Positions 24,566 to 37,200 of a stretch of 64,000 nt of DNA are shown here, one piece after another. The translations under genes were made by a program, and so were the position numbers. The notes beneath the pieces were generated by a model, which searched no databases, was not told the DNA's origin, and saw nothing but the letters and a program-made list of their open reading frames with translations. Source of the DNA: Harriotta raleighana (Eukaryota). The DNA lies in the NCBI GenBank assembly GCA_050575255.1, contig JBNZDD010013718.1, positions 4,804,261-4,868,260 of the forward strand, given 5' to 3'. How positions within the stretch are numbered: position 1 is the first letter of the stretch; every line of letters begins with the position of its first letter.

Positions 24566-24713
24566 GTGAAATGTTGCAGTTGATAAGAGGAATGAAGCTT
24601 CTTAATCAGGCTGACCCGTGTGTGGAGGTTCTAGTCCAGGAGACTGGAGAGCATGTGCTTGTCACAGCTGGGGAGGTGCACCTCCAGCGTTGTTTGGATG
24701 ATCTCAGACAAAG
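24566..24713 (+). CDS. EFL1: EFL1 internal coding exon (domain [23 protein letters not shown])
   Basis: Acceptor tttattcctgcag|, translates (S)[48 protein letters not shown](R); donor AG|GTTCGA, phase 2, joins A-TTT-GCA of next exon. Confidence 0.95.
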
Positions 24714-24994
24714 GTTCGAATATCAGAAACAAGAGAAACACTGCTCCATGGAGCAGTGCTTTTCTTTTAATGGTCAGCACAAGACCCAATATTCTAAATT
24801 TTAGTTCCAAAATTGTGCTACCCTTATTTATATTCTTAGGCCATTGGATCGCAAAATTTACATGTAGATCCAGCCAGCTTTGCATCACAACTAGCCAACA
24901 GATCATATTTTACTTTATTTAGTATCTATTTATACATTTTCATGTGTCATTATTTCAGTGGGGATGTGCATAAATATGATACTTGTTTCCAAAT

Positions 24995-25140
24995 AACAAC
25001 AACTTCAATTTACATAGCGCCCTCCATGCCGGACGGCATTCTCAGAGCACTTTACAAGAGCGGATCCTGGGACCGAGCCAGGGGAAGGGTAGAAAGGTGA
25101 CCAAAGGCGTGGTCGAAGAGAAAGGTCTTTAGCTGAGACC
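24995..25140 (-). mobile_element. L2-type 3' end fragment, second family
   Basis: Minus strand ...TTCGACCACGCCTTTGGTCACC...GTAAAGTGCTCTGAGAATGCCGTCCGGCATGGAGGGCGCTATGTAAATTGAAGTTGTTGTT. Confidence 0.7.
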
Positions 25141-26089
25141 TGATATAAGCTTCCAACGGGAAGAATTCCACATGAAATATAAAAGATTGGGAGTGTTTAC
25201 TCTGAAGTAATATAAGTAAAATATTTTATCATTAGTTTCATCTCCTTTCTGCTCCAACATATGCAGTTATTGCTTGCTGGATAGTCATAGTTCTAAGCAC
25301 TGATATATATTTTATACACATATATATAATTAATTTTTGAGGATGCGGGTCCCTTGTGAAGTAACAAACAGGCATTCATGTTATGTAAATTGAGTAGCTA
25401 ATCTGAGATAAATCATCAGATTATTTAGTGTTTATATATAAAGCATTTCATTTTCCTTCGAGCCTGATCAGTTGCCAGTGATTGTGACCAGCTGCTTGTT
25501 AAAAATGACGTTTCTGTATCTGAAAGCAGCTCTGAGTTGTGTTCCAAATGCTCATGTAAATTTGAACAGTTTGACACTCAGTTGTTCATGAAAAGTTCAA
25601 AGCTAGATAGTGATAAACAATTCTATTTTCAGATGCTTTTGCCACTGTTTCACTTTCTCCTTCACCTTCATTATTTCACCTCTGAAGCAAACCCGTTGCT
25701 GTTCCTGTGCTATATGAACCTATGTACTGATACATCAATTACCAGTAATTCAGCTAATCGCAGCCATTTTCTCATCTTCAATCTTAACTCTTAAACTGTG
25801 GCTGTATTCTTATGACTACTGGCCTCTTGCAGAATACTCTTCAAAGAATTCTGAGAGCAAGAACTGTTTTGTGTGACTGCTGTGTATCACCTGATTGGGA
25901 CATGATCTCAGCATATTGGTACTTTTCATCAATCTGACAAGCTGCTTCGACTTTTCTGATCCTTCTGGTTTTTGCCAGTGAAGTGATTGTCTCACTGTTG
26001 ATTTTAGTATGAATTTAGAATAAATTCATTAGCAAAAAATTTTACATCAAGAAATATTACCAATTGCAAAAATGTCTTCTTTGTTGTAG

Positions 26090-27048
26090 ATTTGCAAAGA
26101 TTGAAATCAGTGTGTCTGAACCAATTGTTCCATTCAGAGAAATCATCGTTCGGGCACCAAAGGTGGACATGGTAAATGAAAATATGGGAACGCAACAAAA
26201 GGTCGCCGTTATACATCAGAAGAAAGAGGAGCAGAATAAATATCCTGAAGGTGTCCAAGTGGAGTCTGACGGACTTGTGACCATTAATACACCCAATAAA
26301 TTATCCACTCTTAGTGTGAGAGCCATGCCACTGCCTGAGGAAGTGACACAGCTTCTTGAAAAAAGTAGTGACTTGATTCGTACAATAGAACATTTCAACT
26401 TGTCAGTCAAGGAAGGGAAACAGGCCCTGGAAATTAATGGGAAAACTCTTGATGCTATAAGAGAATTTAAGCAAAAGCTGGAGGAGAATTTTGTAGGGAG
26501 GAAATGGAGAAATACTGTGAACCAAATTTGGTCCTTTGGACCTCGCCGTTGTGGTCCAAATATTTTATTAAATAGATTAGAAAGCTACCACAGACCATCT
26601 TTATGGCAGTGTCTTGACAAAACTACTGAGGATGCAGGAATATACAAAGAATTTGACAAAAGTATTATCAGTGGATTTCAATTAGCTACGCTATCAGGCC
26701 CTGTGTGTGAAGAACCTCTCATGGGTGTCTGCTTCATATTGGAAAAGTGGGACATAAGCAAATTGCAACAACTTGTTTACACAAATAGCCAGTCTTCTAC
26801 AGACACAATGGTGAAGCCTTCATCGGAAATCAAGGATGAACAGACTCAGGGAGATCAAACATCAGCTGAGAATCCAACACACGATATTTGTAACTCTCAG
26901 GCGGTGGTGGCAGATTGCTATGGTCCTTTTTCTGGTCAACTCATTGCCACAATGAAAGAAGCTTGCCGTTTTGCTTTCCAGGCAAAGCCTCAACGACTAA
27001 TGGCAGCAATGTACACCTGTGAAATTATGGCGACTGCAGAAGTATTAG
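26090..27048 (+). CDS. EFL1: EFL1 large coding exon (domain IV incl. variable insertion), 959 nt
   Basis: Acceptor ctttgttgtag|; open frame [17 protein letters not shown]...[14 protein letters not shown]...[21 protein letters not shown]...[16 protein letters not shown]...MATAEVL-G; donor G|GTAAGA. Confidence 0.98.
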
Positions 27049-27055
27049 GTAAGAC

Positions 27056-27356
27056 ATAATAATAATCCTTGCATTTGATATAGTACTTTTTACGTCTTCT
27101 AGACGTCTCAAAGCACTTCACAGAATACACTGTAAAGTGAATTGACTGTATATTTGTGGGCGAAAAGCGGCAGCCAATTGCACACAGCAGTGTCCCACAA
27201 ACAGTTGTGGATTGAAATGACTAATTTATCATTGATTTTTTTTAGGGATTATTATCAGGCATGTGGAGTAAGGAAACTTGCCCAAGGTTTCGCTGTAACT
27301 GGAATTGAATCCAGGTTTCTTATTTGCAAGGCGAGTGCTCTAACCTCTGAGCTACA
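27056..27356 (-). mobile_element. Near full-length young SINE starting 8 nt into the intron
   Basis: Family tail at 27056, tRNA head (gcgagtgctctaacctctgagctaca) to 27356. Confidence 0.92.
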
Positions 27357-27360
27357 TTGT

Positions 27361-27570
27361 GGAATCCTGTAGCTCAGTGATTAGAGCACTCGCCTTACAA
27401 TCTATACATGTGTTCGAATCCAGGCATGGATACTGCTGGGGCAAATTGGCTGCTGCGTTTAGCCCACAAATATACAGTCAATTCTCTTTACAGTGTATTC
27501 TGTGAAGTGCTTTGAAACGTCTAGAAAAAAACCGCTATATCAAATGCAAGGATTATTTATTATTATTATT
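27361..27570 (+). mobile_element. Young SINE with internal deletion, head-to-head with previous copy
   Basis: GGAATCCTGTAGCTCAGTGATTAGAGCACTCGCCTTACAA...GTTCGAATCCAGG joined directly to GGATACTGCTGGGGCAAATTGGCTGC...CAAATGCAAGGATTATT. Confidence 0.92.
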
Positions 27571-29936
27571 ACATAAATAAAATGTTTTAACAAATTGGTC
27601 AGTTACATACTGTGAATTACTATACAGTGTTAGATTTAACACTAGTTTAATGTAATTATCTTTTGGGATTGTGCATATGTTATAACTGTCTGTTTTTCAT
27701 ATCATTAAAAATTAAAGGGGTTAATAGCTCTGTATAGTTACACATGTACTGAGCTCTCCTCAATCCTCAATCACAGCGATTTGGAGCACGAAATATAAAT
27801 TGTGCTTTGCCTCCAGAATTGATGTTGAATCATCTAAAGCAATTCTGGCCATCAGGACTTTGGTTAGAATGCTCCACCCTTCAGACCCAAAATGCTAAAA
27901 CTCAGGCTGACTTGCAGCAGTATTTAATGTAAGTTACCAAATGCATATTTTTAGGTCTGTCCTAATATGCCGAATGATTTTAATTCAGGGATACCCTTAA
28001 GTCAAATTTGATTACATTTTCTGCGATTTTTTTTAAGCATAGTTAGATTTAAATGAGATAATCTCCAAATTAAGAAGCTCCTGAGGTTCTGCAAATTTCT
28101 GTAACTACTTCATTATAATTAATATTTAAATTTTGCAGAAGAACACAGTTTTGTCACTTTACTGCATAAGATCTATGCAATATAAAAATTGCATATGCTG
28201 ATAATTACTCAGAATTGAGGCATTTGGAGCATTTCAGTATTTGCACTGGTAAATGCAGTGAGTTGGGAGAAGGTCACTCTGGTTAATGCCACAATAAACC
28301 AATTTTAGCTTGTTTGCATTACAAACACACTGGACAGCATTGATAATGTAATAATGGATGGACATTAACAATATGGTCAATCTAGTTTTTTTATTCCATA
28401 TAAGCAATAGCAATACTTGTTCAGGTAGATTTCAGTATCCATTCTGGATAGCAGTAATTTTATTTATGTAATTTGTTCTTGGTTAGATGGAATTTCACAC
28501 ATATTCATCATAATGGTCGAGTTTCCAAACTAAACTACCGAGAGCCCCACAAATGCATGGTTTCAGTTTCTTTGGTCCTAGGGTGCACTCTCTGCCTAAT
28601 CCCAGAGATTGTAGGGAGAGGATGGCAAGAGCCAAGGCTTGACCCCATACATTTTACTGCTGTAAGAGCTGAAGTGGTGCAGATGAGCATAGCAAGGCAC
28701 TGACAAACTTCCTGCTGCTTGTCCAGCCAACATTTGCATGATATATTAACTCAGGATTTAAGTCCTTATGAATCTGTATTAGATACAATTAAAGATAATT
28801 GCTAGATGGATCTTATTTATTATTCAAGCTAATATGCTGTGCATTTTATCTATCTATAAAGGGAAAGTGGCCTGAGTCAACCTATTTCTCTATTCACCTG
28901 ACATCCTGTTAGTCAAATCAAAAAGCAGAATCAATAAATGTTGGATCTGTGGAGACTGCAGACCATATATTTTTATCTGTTCTATTTATTTTCAGTGGTT
29001 TTACTTTTGGATTTTTTTGTAGAAGGGAAAGAGTGCAGCCTATTAAATGCTCCACATGTGCCATTACTTACGAAATGCAAGGCATTTCCAAGCAGTTTAG
29101 AAGGGGAACCCCACACTTGCCCACACACAATTGAGTTATTTCTCTCTCCCACAAATGGCCTGTTTGGGATTGTCCAAAACAGTCCCAAACTGTTAAGAAG
29201 TTTTTTTTAAGAAGACCAAACAGGTCTTCTTAAAAAAAATCAGATAGTGTAATATTAATCAGACTGGCATTGAGAATCTGAGTTATGCATTTAGCATTCT
29301 GCTCTTTAAGCAACTTGTCATTGCTGTCTTCTACAAGAAGAAAGAAAACAGTTGACTGAGACAAACCATTATTTCTGTCTCTGCTACTCACATTCTTGCA
29401 TCTGTGCTTTGACATTGACAGAATGCATTACTATTTAAACCATCTAGCGTTTAGTTGTTCCAGATAGTTACTGTAATGGACAAATGAGAAGCAAAATGTC
29501 CTTCATGGTTCTATGTAAATAGAAGAGATAATTTCTTTTAACAAAGGGGAATTATGACTTTTTAAAACAATTTCCATGTGTTAGTATGAATATCTTTTCA
29601 AGTTTCATTTTTTTTCATCTTTTTTCTTATTTTAGGGAATCTGCATTATTAAGAGATTAATTTAAAATATTCTCTGTATCTCCTTCAAAAATGAATATTG
29701 AATTCCTGAATAATTCACTCCAACATTCTGTTTGATAGAAGTGTGAAAAATAATGGGTTTAAATTGTAGCCTGGTAACTCAAGAAATAGAGCATTGAGGT
29801 CCCACCCAGCGAGTTGTGCTTTAAAATACCAGTTTCAATTAATTGACTGAACTTGCCTACCTATCCCATCAGGAGCTAGCCCTGAGTCTCTCCCCTTCAC
29901 TCCCTTTTCACCCATTTTCCCTTCCCTCCCCTATGT

Positions 29937-30241
29937 GGAGCCCTATAGAGCACTTGCCTTACAAGCATGAGACCTGTTTCCAGGCAGGTCAGGGCAAAAC
30001 CTGGGCCAGTTTCCTTACTCCACACACACACCTAATAATAATTTGTCTTAAAAAAAAACCCAATAATAAAAATTGGTCATTTTCAATCCACGGCTGTTTG
30101 TGGGGACACTGCTGTGTGCAATTGGCTGCCGCATTTCATCCATAAATATACAGTTTATTCACTTTACAGTACACTCTGTGAAGCACTTTCAGACGTCGAT
30201 AAGATGTGAAAAGCACTAGATCAAATTCAAGGATTATTATT
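29937..30241 (+). mobile_element. Young SINE, A box partly deleted
   Basis: GGAGCCCTATAGAGCACTTGCCTTACAAGC...TTCCTTACTCCACAC...CAAATTCAAGGATTATTAT. Confidence 0.88.
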
Positions 30242-30534
30242 AACCAGGTGTATGTCATGAATTCTCAGCCAGACTCAACAGACAAGGAAGAAAAAAAACT
30301 AGACATTTCCTACTTTGAAGAAATTCATCATCTGACTACCAATCCCTGCGAGGTATTTAAAGCACGATCTAAACTTGGTGACCCAGACTATCCTTGCCCA
30401 GACGTATATGCCCACCAACCAAAGAAAGAAACATAAAGGGAGAGGGTGCATTTATGATCCTTTTCAGATGTTTTACATGAGCAGTTCAATTTAAATCTCT
30501 TTTTTTCTCGTTTAAAAGCATTAAAGTAACTTAA

Positions 30535-30888
<354 letters not shown>

Positions 30889-31509
30889 TAGAGTTGATAC
30901 ATAGTGTGAGAGATTCTGTTTCCCTTAAATGTGCTCTTAATATAAAGTGAATTATTGTTTTTTCTGAGTTCAGTTTGTTTAAGCAGAGCTTTGATAAACA
31001 TCTCAATTTTTGAAAGCACGTATTTCCTAATTTTTTCATGATATTATTTAAGTAACCAGCTAAGAAAATTGGCAGGAGCTAAATTGGTCAAGAGTTAAAA
31101 TGACGAAACTCACTCATGCTATGACAATCATTGAGCTCCCCACAATTCAAATAACTTCTCAGGATAGCCTCATCACTCAGTTAAAACAATTCTATTTGTA
31201 CATATAATCCTAACTTCATGTCAAGGCTTTAATCTTTAAAAAGTACTATGCACTGTGATGTATAAATGATTATTTTGTAAATGGAAAAGAAATCAGTTGC
31301 ATAAAGAATATTTTGTCCTATTTTATGGTGAAAAGGGTATATGTTACAGAACACGTTGTTAATAAAATTCCCTTCAGACTCTTTCGCAAATTAATATGCA
31401 TGAATCATATAGGATAATGTTAGCAATGAACTGATTGCCTGGAAGTGGGCCTGTTTTATGATGACAAATGTTTTATGCTTTGTTTTAATATGTCTGCGTA
31501 TATGGAACT

Positions 31510-31650
31510 AGGTGACATGGATTATGATGGCGTTGCCTTGTGGATCAGTAATTGACTGAAGGGAAAGAATCATTATGAAACAAAGTTGAAATGGAGTGAA
31601 GTGTTAGGTTGAACGCCTCAGGGTCTTGCATTAGCACCCCTCCTGTTTCT
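31510..31650 (+). mobile_element. Degenerate CR1 reverse transcriptase fragment
   Basis: Decayed reading ALWISN*LKG... and WSEVLG*TPQGLALAPLLF resemble CR1 RT WIxNWL and SGVPQGSVLGPLLF motifs. Confidence 0.55.
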
Positions 31651-33904
31651 GGGCAAAGAAAGTTGTCATCCAGTTCTCTCTTGTGATCTTATGCCACAAT
31701 GGAAGATTTTAAATTGATTATATAAATGCAGATCCAGTAAGATGAATATTTTATTCTGCATACCTAGAGAAAATATTTAAAATACTTTTGTACATTATTT
31801 GAAAATAAATCTGAAATCGGAATGTATTTAGAGATGTAGAAGAGTAGCTCAGTGGATTGTTTTGTACTTGACTAAAAAGAAATTCCTTTGAAACAGATAT
31901 TCGGTTTGAACTGCTAAATAGTTTTTTTACTGAATATATTTACGGAAAATATTTAATGAATTGGGTGCTGGTCAAGGGAAACAAACTCAGCTCCAATTAC
32001 ATTGAAATACAGCTTTGATGTGCATCAGCTCATCTTTAGTTGTATTTATCTTTAGCGTTTTTAAGATTGCAGGCTTGGAAATTCAACTGATTAAAAGCCT
32101 TTTAATTGGGAGTCTTAAAATTTATAGTGGAAATTAGTTATTCCCTTGTCCAAGCTGTGGAATGTTTTCGCTTTTGTTTTCAAAGTGAATATTTATGGAC
32201 TTCAAAACTCTAGTAGTACCATCCATCTCTCCTACACCTCCCTGATGTGCCTGGCTTTGCTCAAAGTATCTAGGTTTTTGTGAATAGATGGAACACGATA
32301 TTCCAGTTTATTCGACTTTCTCTTTTCAGCCAGTTTCTCGCAATCTTTTGCAAAATGTTTCCTTGACTAACAATTATGTGTTTGTGTGATTTAAATTAAG
32401 TATTTGTAAAGCGCAGGAAATTTTAAACTGATCTTCAGTAGGAGAATGTGCAAGGTTCTTGTTGTTTTATTACTTGCTTATTTTTAAAATTAACTAATTA
32501 ACATTAACTCAGCAGAATAATTAGAGGTAAGAACAGAGTAATAAGATTAAACCGCATATGTGTTTTGCATTGACTACATAAAAACAGTACTGGGATGTTT
32601 TCCAGATGCTTGGTCTTATTGAAGTCAAAATTCTAAAGTGCCACTTTTTATTAAACTAATTTAAATCCAGTTGCTTTGTATCATTTTGGTTTGCAGCAGT
32701 CCAAACCATTGCCTTATTTTATTGTGGTAACTAACAACTGTGCCAGACTTTAATCCTTTCAATTAATAACTCTACAAGGGACTGTGTTCTATAAATTAAC
32801 CAGCCCCCAAAAGCAAAATACCACATTGCTCGTGATTACACATCATTACCAAACTGTTACTAATCTATATAAACATGATCTTTACTAAAGATATTTGAGA
32901 AGACAAGGTTTGCTAATCAGGAGACCAACTTGTTGAAGTCTTTGCATCCACACTGAATTGGTCTGATTCCAAAGCCTGGAAAACATACAACCTTAGAAAT
33001 TTACAGAATGCAATAGAAAACAATTCAGGCCTTCGAAAGAGCAAACATGAAACATGGAATAAAGTTCCTGAAGGGCTGAATACAATTCCTTATGGTAAAG
33101 GTATCTTGTGTCATATTTGAATGTGATTTAGTAATGTCAAGAAGATTTGCAACTAGAAAACAACTGGCAGGGTGCTAAACACAATCAAAAACACTACCCA
33201 AGATTAAGGGTCAATTATATTTAAAAAAACATTGAGACAGCATGTATCACGATCCCAAGTGGCAGTGCTAGTGAGAGCTTCAGAAACAAACTTGACTCAT
33301 CGTGTATGAAATGTCACCACACATTAATATGAAGGGCAAACAGTTGCTTGGGACACAGCTAAAATAAACCTTATTACCATATGAGAGGGAACAAGTAAAA
33401 CAAAAATGATGTCAAACTATTCAGTTTCACAAAGTGCAAACTGCAAACACATTATTTAGCAGGTACTGTCTTTGGAATAATCAGTATTCTTTGTTGACAT
33501 ACTTTGGGAAAGGAGTATGACAGCATCTCTAAATAATTGGCAAGATTCATCTCAATTGTAGAGAATATAAATTTTATATACAGTGCTGTCTTTATAATAT
33601 ATATTACAATGTTCAAAAAATGACAGAATGTAGACTTGCAAACTATCTACAAAGTTGTATAGGGCAGCAGAGAGAAACTGCAACTTTGATGTGCTATAAA
33701 ACTTAACACGCGGTTCTCATTAAGTGGAGAGCAGATCACTCTGAACATCTGCTTTATTTCAAAGGTCATTTAGTTTAACTATATAACCCCCAAGCAGCTA
33801 TAAACTTTTTAATACTCTTGTCTTCTACTTTAGAAATGATTGAAAATCATCTAATTTAAAAAAATAATTATCTCCTATTTTCTTTTGATTCTATTTTCCA
33901 TTTG

Positions 33905-34290
33905 TTTCTCCTCTCCTAAGGGTGATAACTCCTGGTGGGTTGCAGTTCTACAGGTGATAGTTTTTCATTTGCCAGTTTGCACAATCACTATCATAGGATT
34001 GTTCAACAATCAAAACTGTCACAGCCGAGCCTGATCCTGTCCTCATCCAGCACCCAAATACTCTTACATCTGGCAACTTGTGCTGAGTAGGAATCAAGAG
34101 TGAGAACCCTGCCTGTCTTTCTCCCCCCCCACTTCTACTCCTGCCATGTCTGGAGATATGGAGATAGGTATTAAAGTTGGTTGCAGGTCTGCTACCACCT
34201 CCTCAGCTGTGATTGACTTGCAGCACAAATCGGGGATTAAACGTGAGATCTTTCTGGATTGTATCTTGGAATCATACTGAGAGCATTAGC
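33905..34290 (-). mobile_element. Near full-length LF-SINE-like relic
   Basis: 34019-34048 reverse complement GGATGAGGACAGGATCAGGCTCGGCTGTGA matches the recalled LF-SINE core almost exactly; upstream GCAGGGTTCTCACTCTTGAT and downstream CCTGTAGAACTG...GGAGAGGAG also colinear. Confidence 0.75.
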
Positions 34291-37200
34291 CATGGGGATG
34301 GGGATTTAGATTTTCAGAAGTACATTTTAAAAAATAAATCTAAGTGATATATAATTTATGCAAGTATTCTATTACATTTAGACATTAACAGATTTATACC
34401 ATTTGTGAAAGAGGGAGTCAAGATCAATGTCCGGCACAACAGCAATGTTTGGCTTTTTGCCTTTTTTATAACTTGCATTTCTTCCATTATCAAAGCTCAT
34501 TGTCATTCTTCCTTTTTATAGGTGGGAAAAATAACTAATTCTTTGTTGAACCAGAAATATTTTGCACGAAGCTGCTGTCTTCAGGCTGCCATAGGTTTAG
34601 TGTTTTAACAAGCTCACAGCAAAAGTTTAGATAATGAAGTCCTTAAGCCCACTTGAGCTTATCCTTCTGAACAGCAATACTACTGTCTCCCATTGCAACA
34701 TCAATCTGAACCAGAGTGGGTCTCAAATGTCAAATATAAATAAAAAAGGCGATGGAATAAATCATGGTGTACATCAACAATTCAGTATTTTATAAAGCTA
34801 CATTGAAGATTCCATCACACAAAACAATGTATAGATGATTTAAGAAATTGCTGCACCACCTGCTAACTTCACACTACAAACTATTTCTGCAAGTCTCACT
34901 AAAGCCTGCTTGTGAATTGATACAGTTTAGGATTTTATACAGAAGTTGCAACTGTGTTCACCTTCATATCCAGCTTCAGTAATAGTAGTTAGATCGGTTT
35001 CTTATGCCTGTAAACTAAATATGTCTTTGGGCCACAAAGCTGTAACTACAATACAAAGTTGTAACTACAGTAAACTTAAAAGAAATGTTTGTAGCTCTAG
35101 GATTGGACCATGGAAAATAAAAGTAATTTAGTGATTCCCAATGGAAATACACTGAAAGCCTAATTAGCATGGTTTTCTTAAAAGCTTAACTCTTTGAGTG
35201 CTGAATTTAGTTTTAACAATGCTTTACCTCAACATTGTTTTGTGGTAGATGGAACCACAGTATAATTTCTTAATTCAAAATCCAACAAACTCCCTTCATG
35301 TTACTTTGACAATTATCAAAATTGCATATCAGTAAGCAGAGTTTTGAAGTTTAGAAATCTTGAAATAATTTCTCTATTTTTGTCAGCCATTTAAACAGAA
35401 CAGACCTGCTTCGTCCTTTTTTCAATAAATAATAAAAAGTTATGTGCATGTTTGCATTCTTTTGTTGCCAAAGTACCACAAAAGGTGTATAATCATCATA
35501 TAGACCGAGCTTTGCATAAAATTAATAAAAGGAGAAATACTGTGTTTTGGACATTATGTGACATGCAGATGGTGATATTAATAGAACAGTTATTCAAAGT
35601 GGCTGTGCAGAGTTTAAACTATTGTTGAAGAATATCTTTTAACAGGAAAGATGCTGGAGATCTAGAATTTACTCTTGGTACATGAATACTGCAGTACAGT
35701 ATTTTAGTTTTCCTGAAGTCTCAACAGCACAAAATATACTGCTATGAACTTGAACAAATTGATTTTGATCACTTGAGATGCCTAGGATCCTGAGTAATAT
35801 TTACTCAAAAGAAATAACCTTTAGATATGCTTATTCTCAGTTGCTAAGGGGTCACAAAACGTATTTAATATCCTAATATTATTTGGAGATTGTGATCATT
35901 AACCCTAACCTTTTAATAAAACTCGTGTAACAAAAAATGATTCTTTGTGGAGAGAAAATCTCATAACTGTCAGGATATGCATTTTTTTTCAGTCTTGCTG
36001 TGCATTCGCATATTGAGCTATTGCTAAACAGAAACAGATGTATGGTGACATATGGCCCTCCAGCACTGCCCTGAGTTCTCTAAGCAGAAAAGGGTTTTGT
36101 ATAGCAGTGAATCTTGCCGTTGGTATCACTGCCATCTGTGTTCTCTAAGTTGGACATCTCATTGGCTTAGATCCCCAACCAGGTGCTAGTACTTGCCTGC
36201 ACTGGTACAGTAATTATGCTTTTTGACTGCTGTGTGATTGTCGGGTCATGCTATTACCAGCATAAATCCTAAGCGGCATTCCTCCCATTGGCTTGAAGGC
36301 TAACGTTAATAGTAATAAATAGTACTCTTGTCAGAATTGTCTCCTGTGAAAGCCACTTTTATGTTTGGCAGAATCCAAAGTTCTTGTGCTTGCAATTCTT
36401 TTTCTGGGGGTGGAGAAGGAGATATATTTACAGAGGAATTTTAAGAAGAAAGCAGCTTGTACTAAATTTCGCAAACGCAATTTATTTGAATGTGTTGGCT
36501 TCTTGGAAAATCTGAGGCCTATCAAAACTCAAGTGCCATAAAGTCTGGTTTCACACTTTCATGTAGTGCTTTATGACCTGGAAACCCAGCAGTATGACAT
36601 GCAGTTTTGCCAGCTCGGTGCTTTATGTAGAAGTGAGATATTTTTGTGATTAGTATGTTGGACTTTAAATAAGGCATCTTGACTTTATCAACTGGTTTGT
36701 ATTTTGGATCCAACCCAATAATTTCCTTAAATTCTAGCCCAATTGTGCTGAATTGTGTGATGATATGGTTTCCATGAGCACCTGCTGCTTTCTGGTATCA
36801 TGCCCAAGTGATTGTATACTACCTGTAATTGTTTGTGGGGTGGTTGGGGATCACAGTCCAGCTCAATCTTTGTCTCACCTGATATCCTTTCATAAACCCT
36901 TCCCAGCATTAGATAGTGATCAGGTGCTGGATGCTTGTTTGTTTTGCATTCTCACCTTGGAACATTGGTATCAATTCCAGTGCAGTTCTGATGCCTCAGG
37001 CTTTATTGGAATGAAATTGCTCAAATTATTTTCTGAAGTAGTTTCAGCAATTAACAAACATTCATTCCACTAAGAAGGTCGGTTTTCTTACTCAGTGTGC
37101 ATACATTTCCTTTTATATTTGAAAAATGGCAAGATTTTCTACCTTCCAACTATACATTTTCAGCCTTTTAAGAAAGTTAGTGGCTATTGGATTAGAAGCC

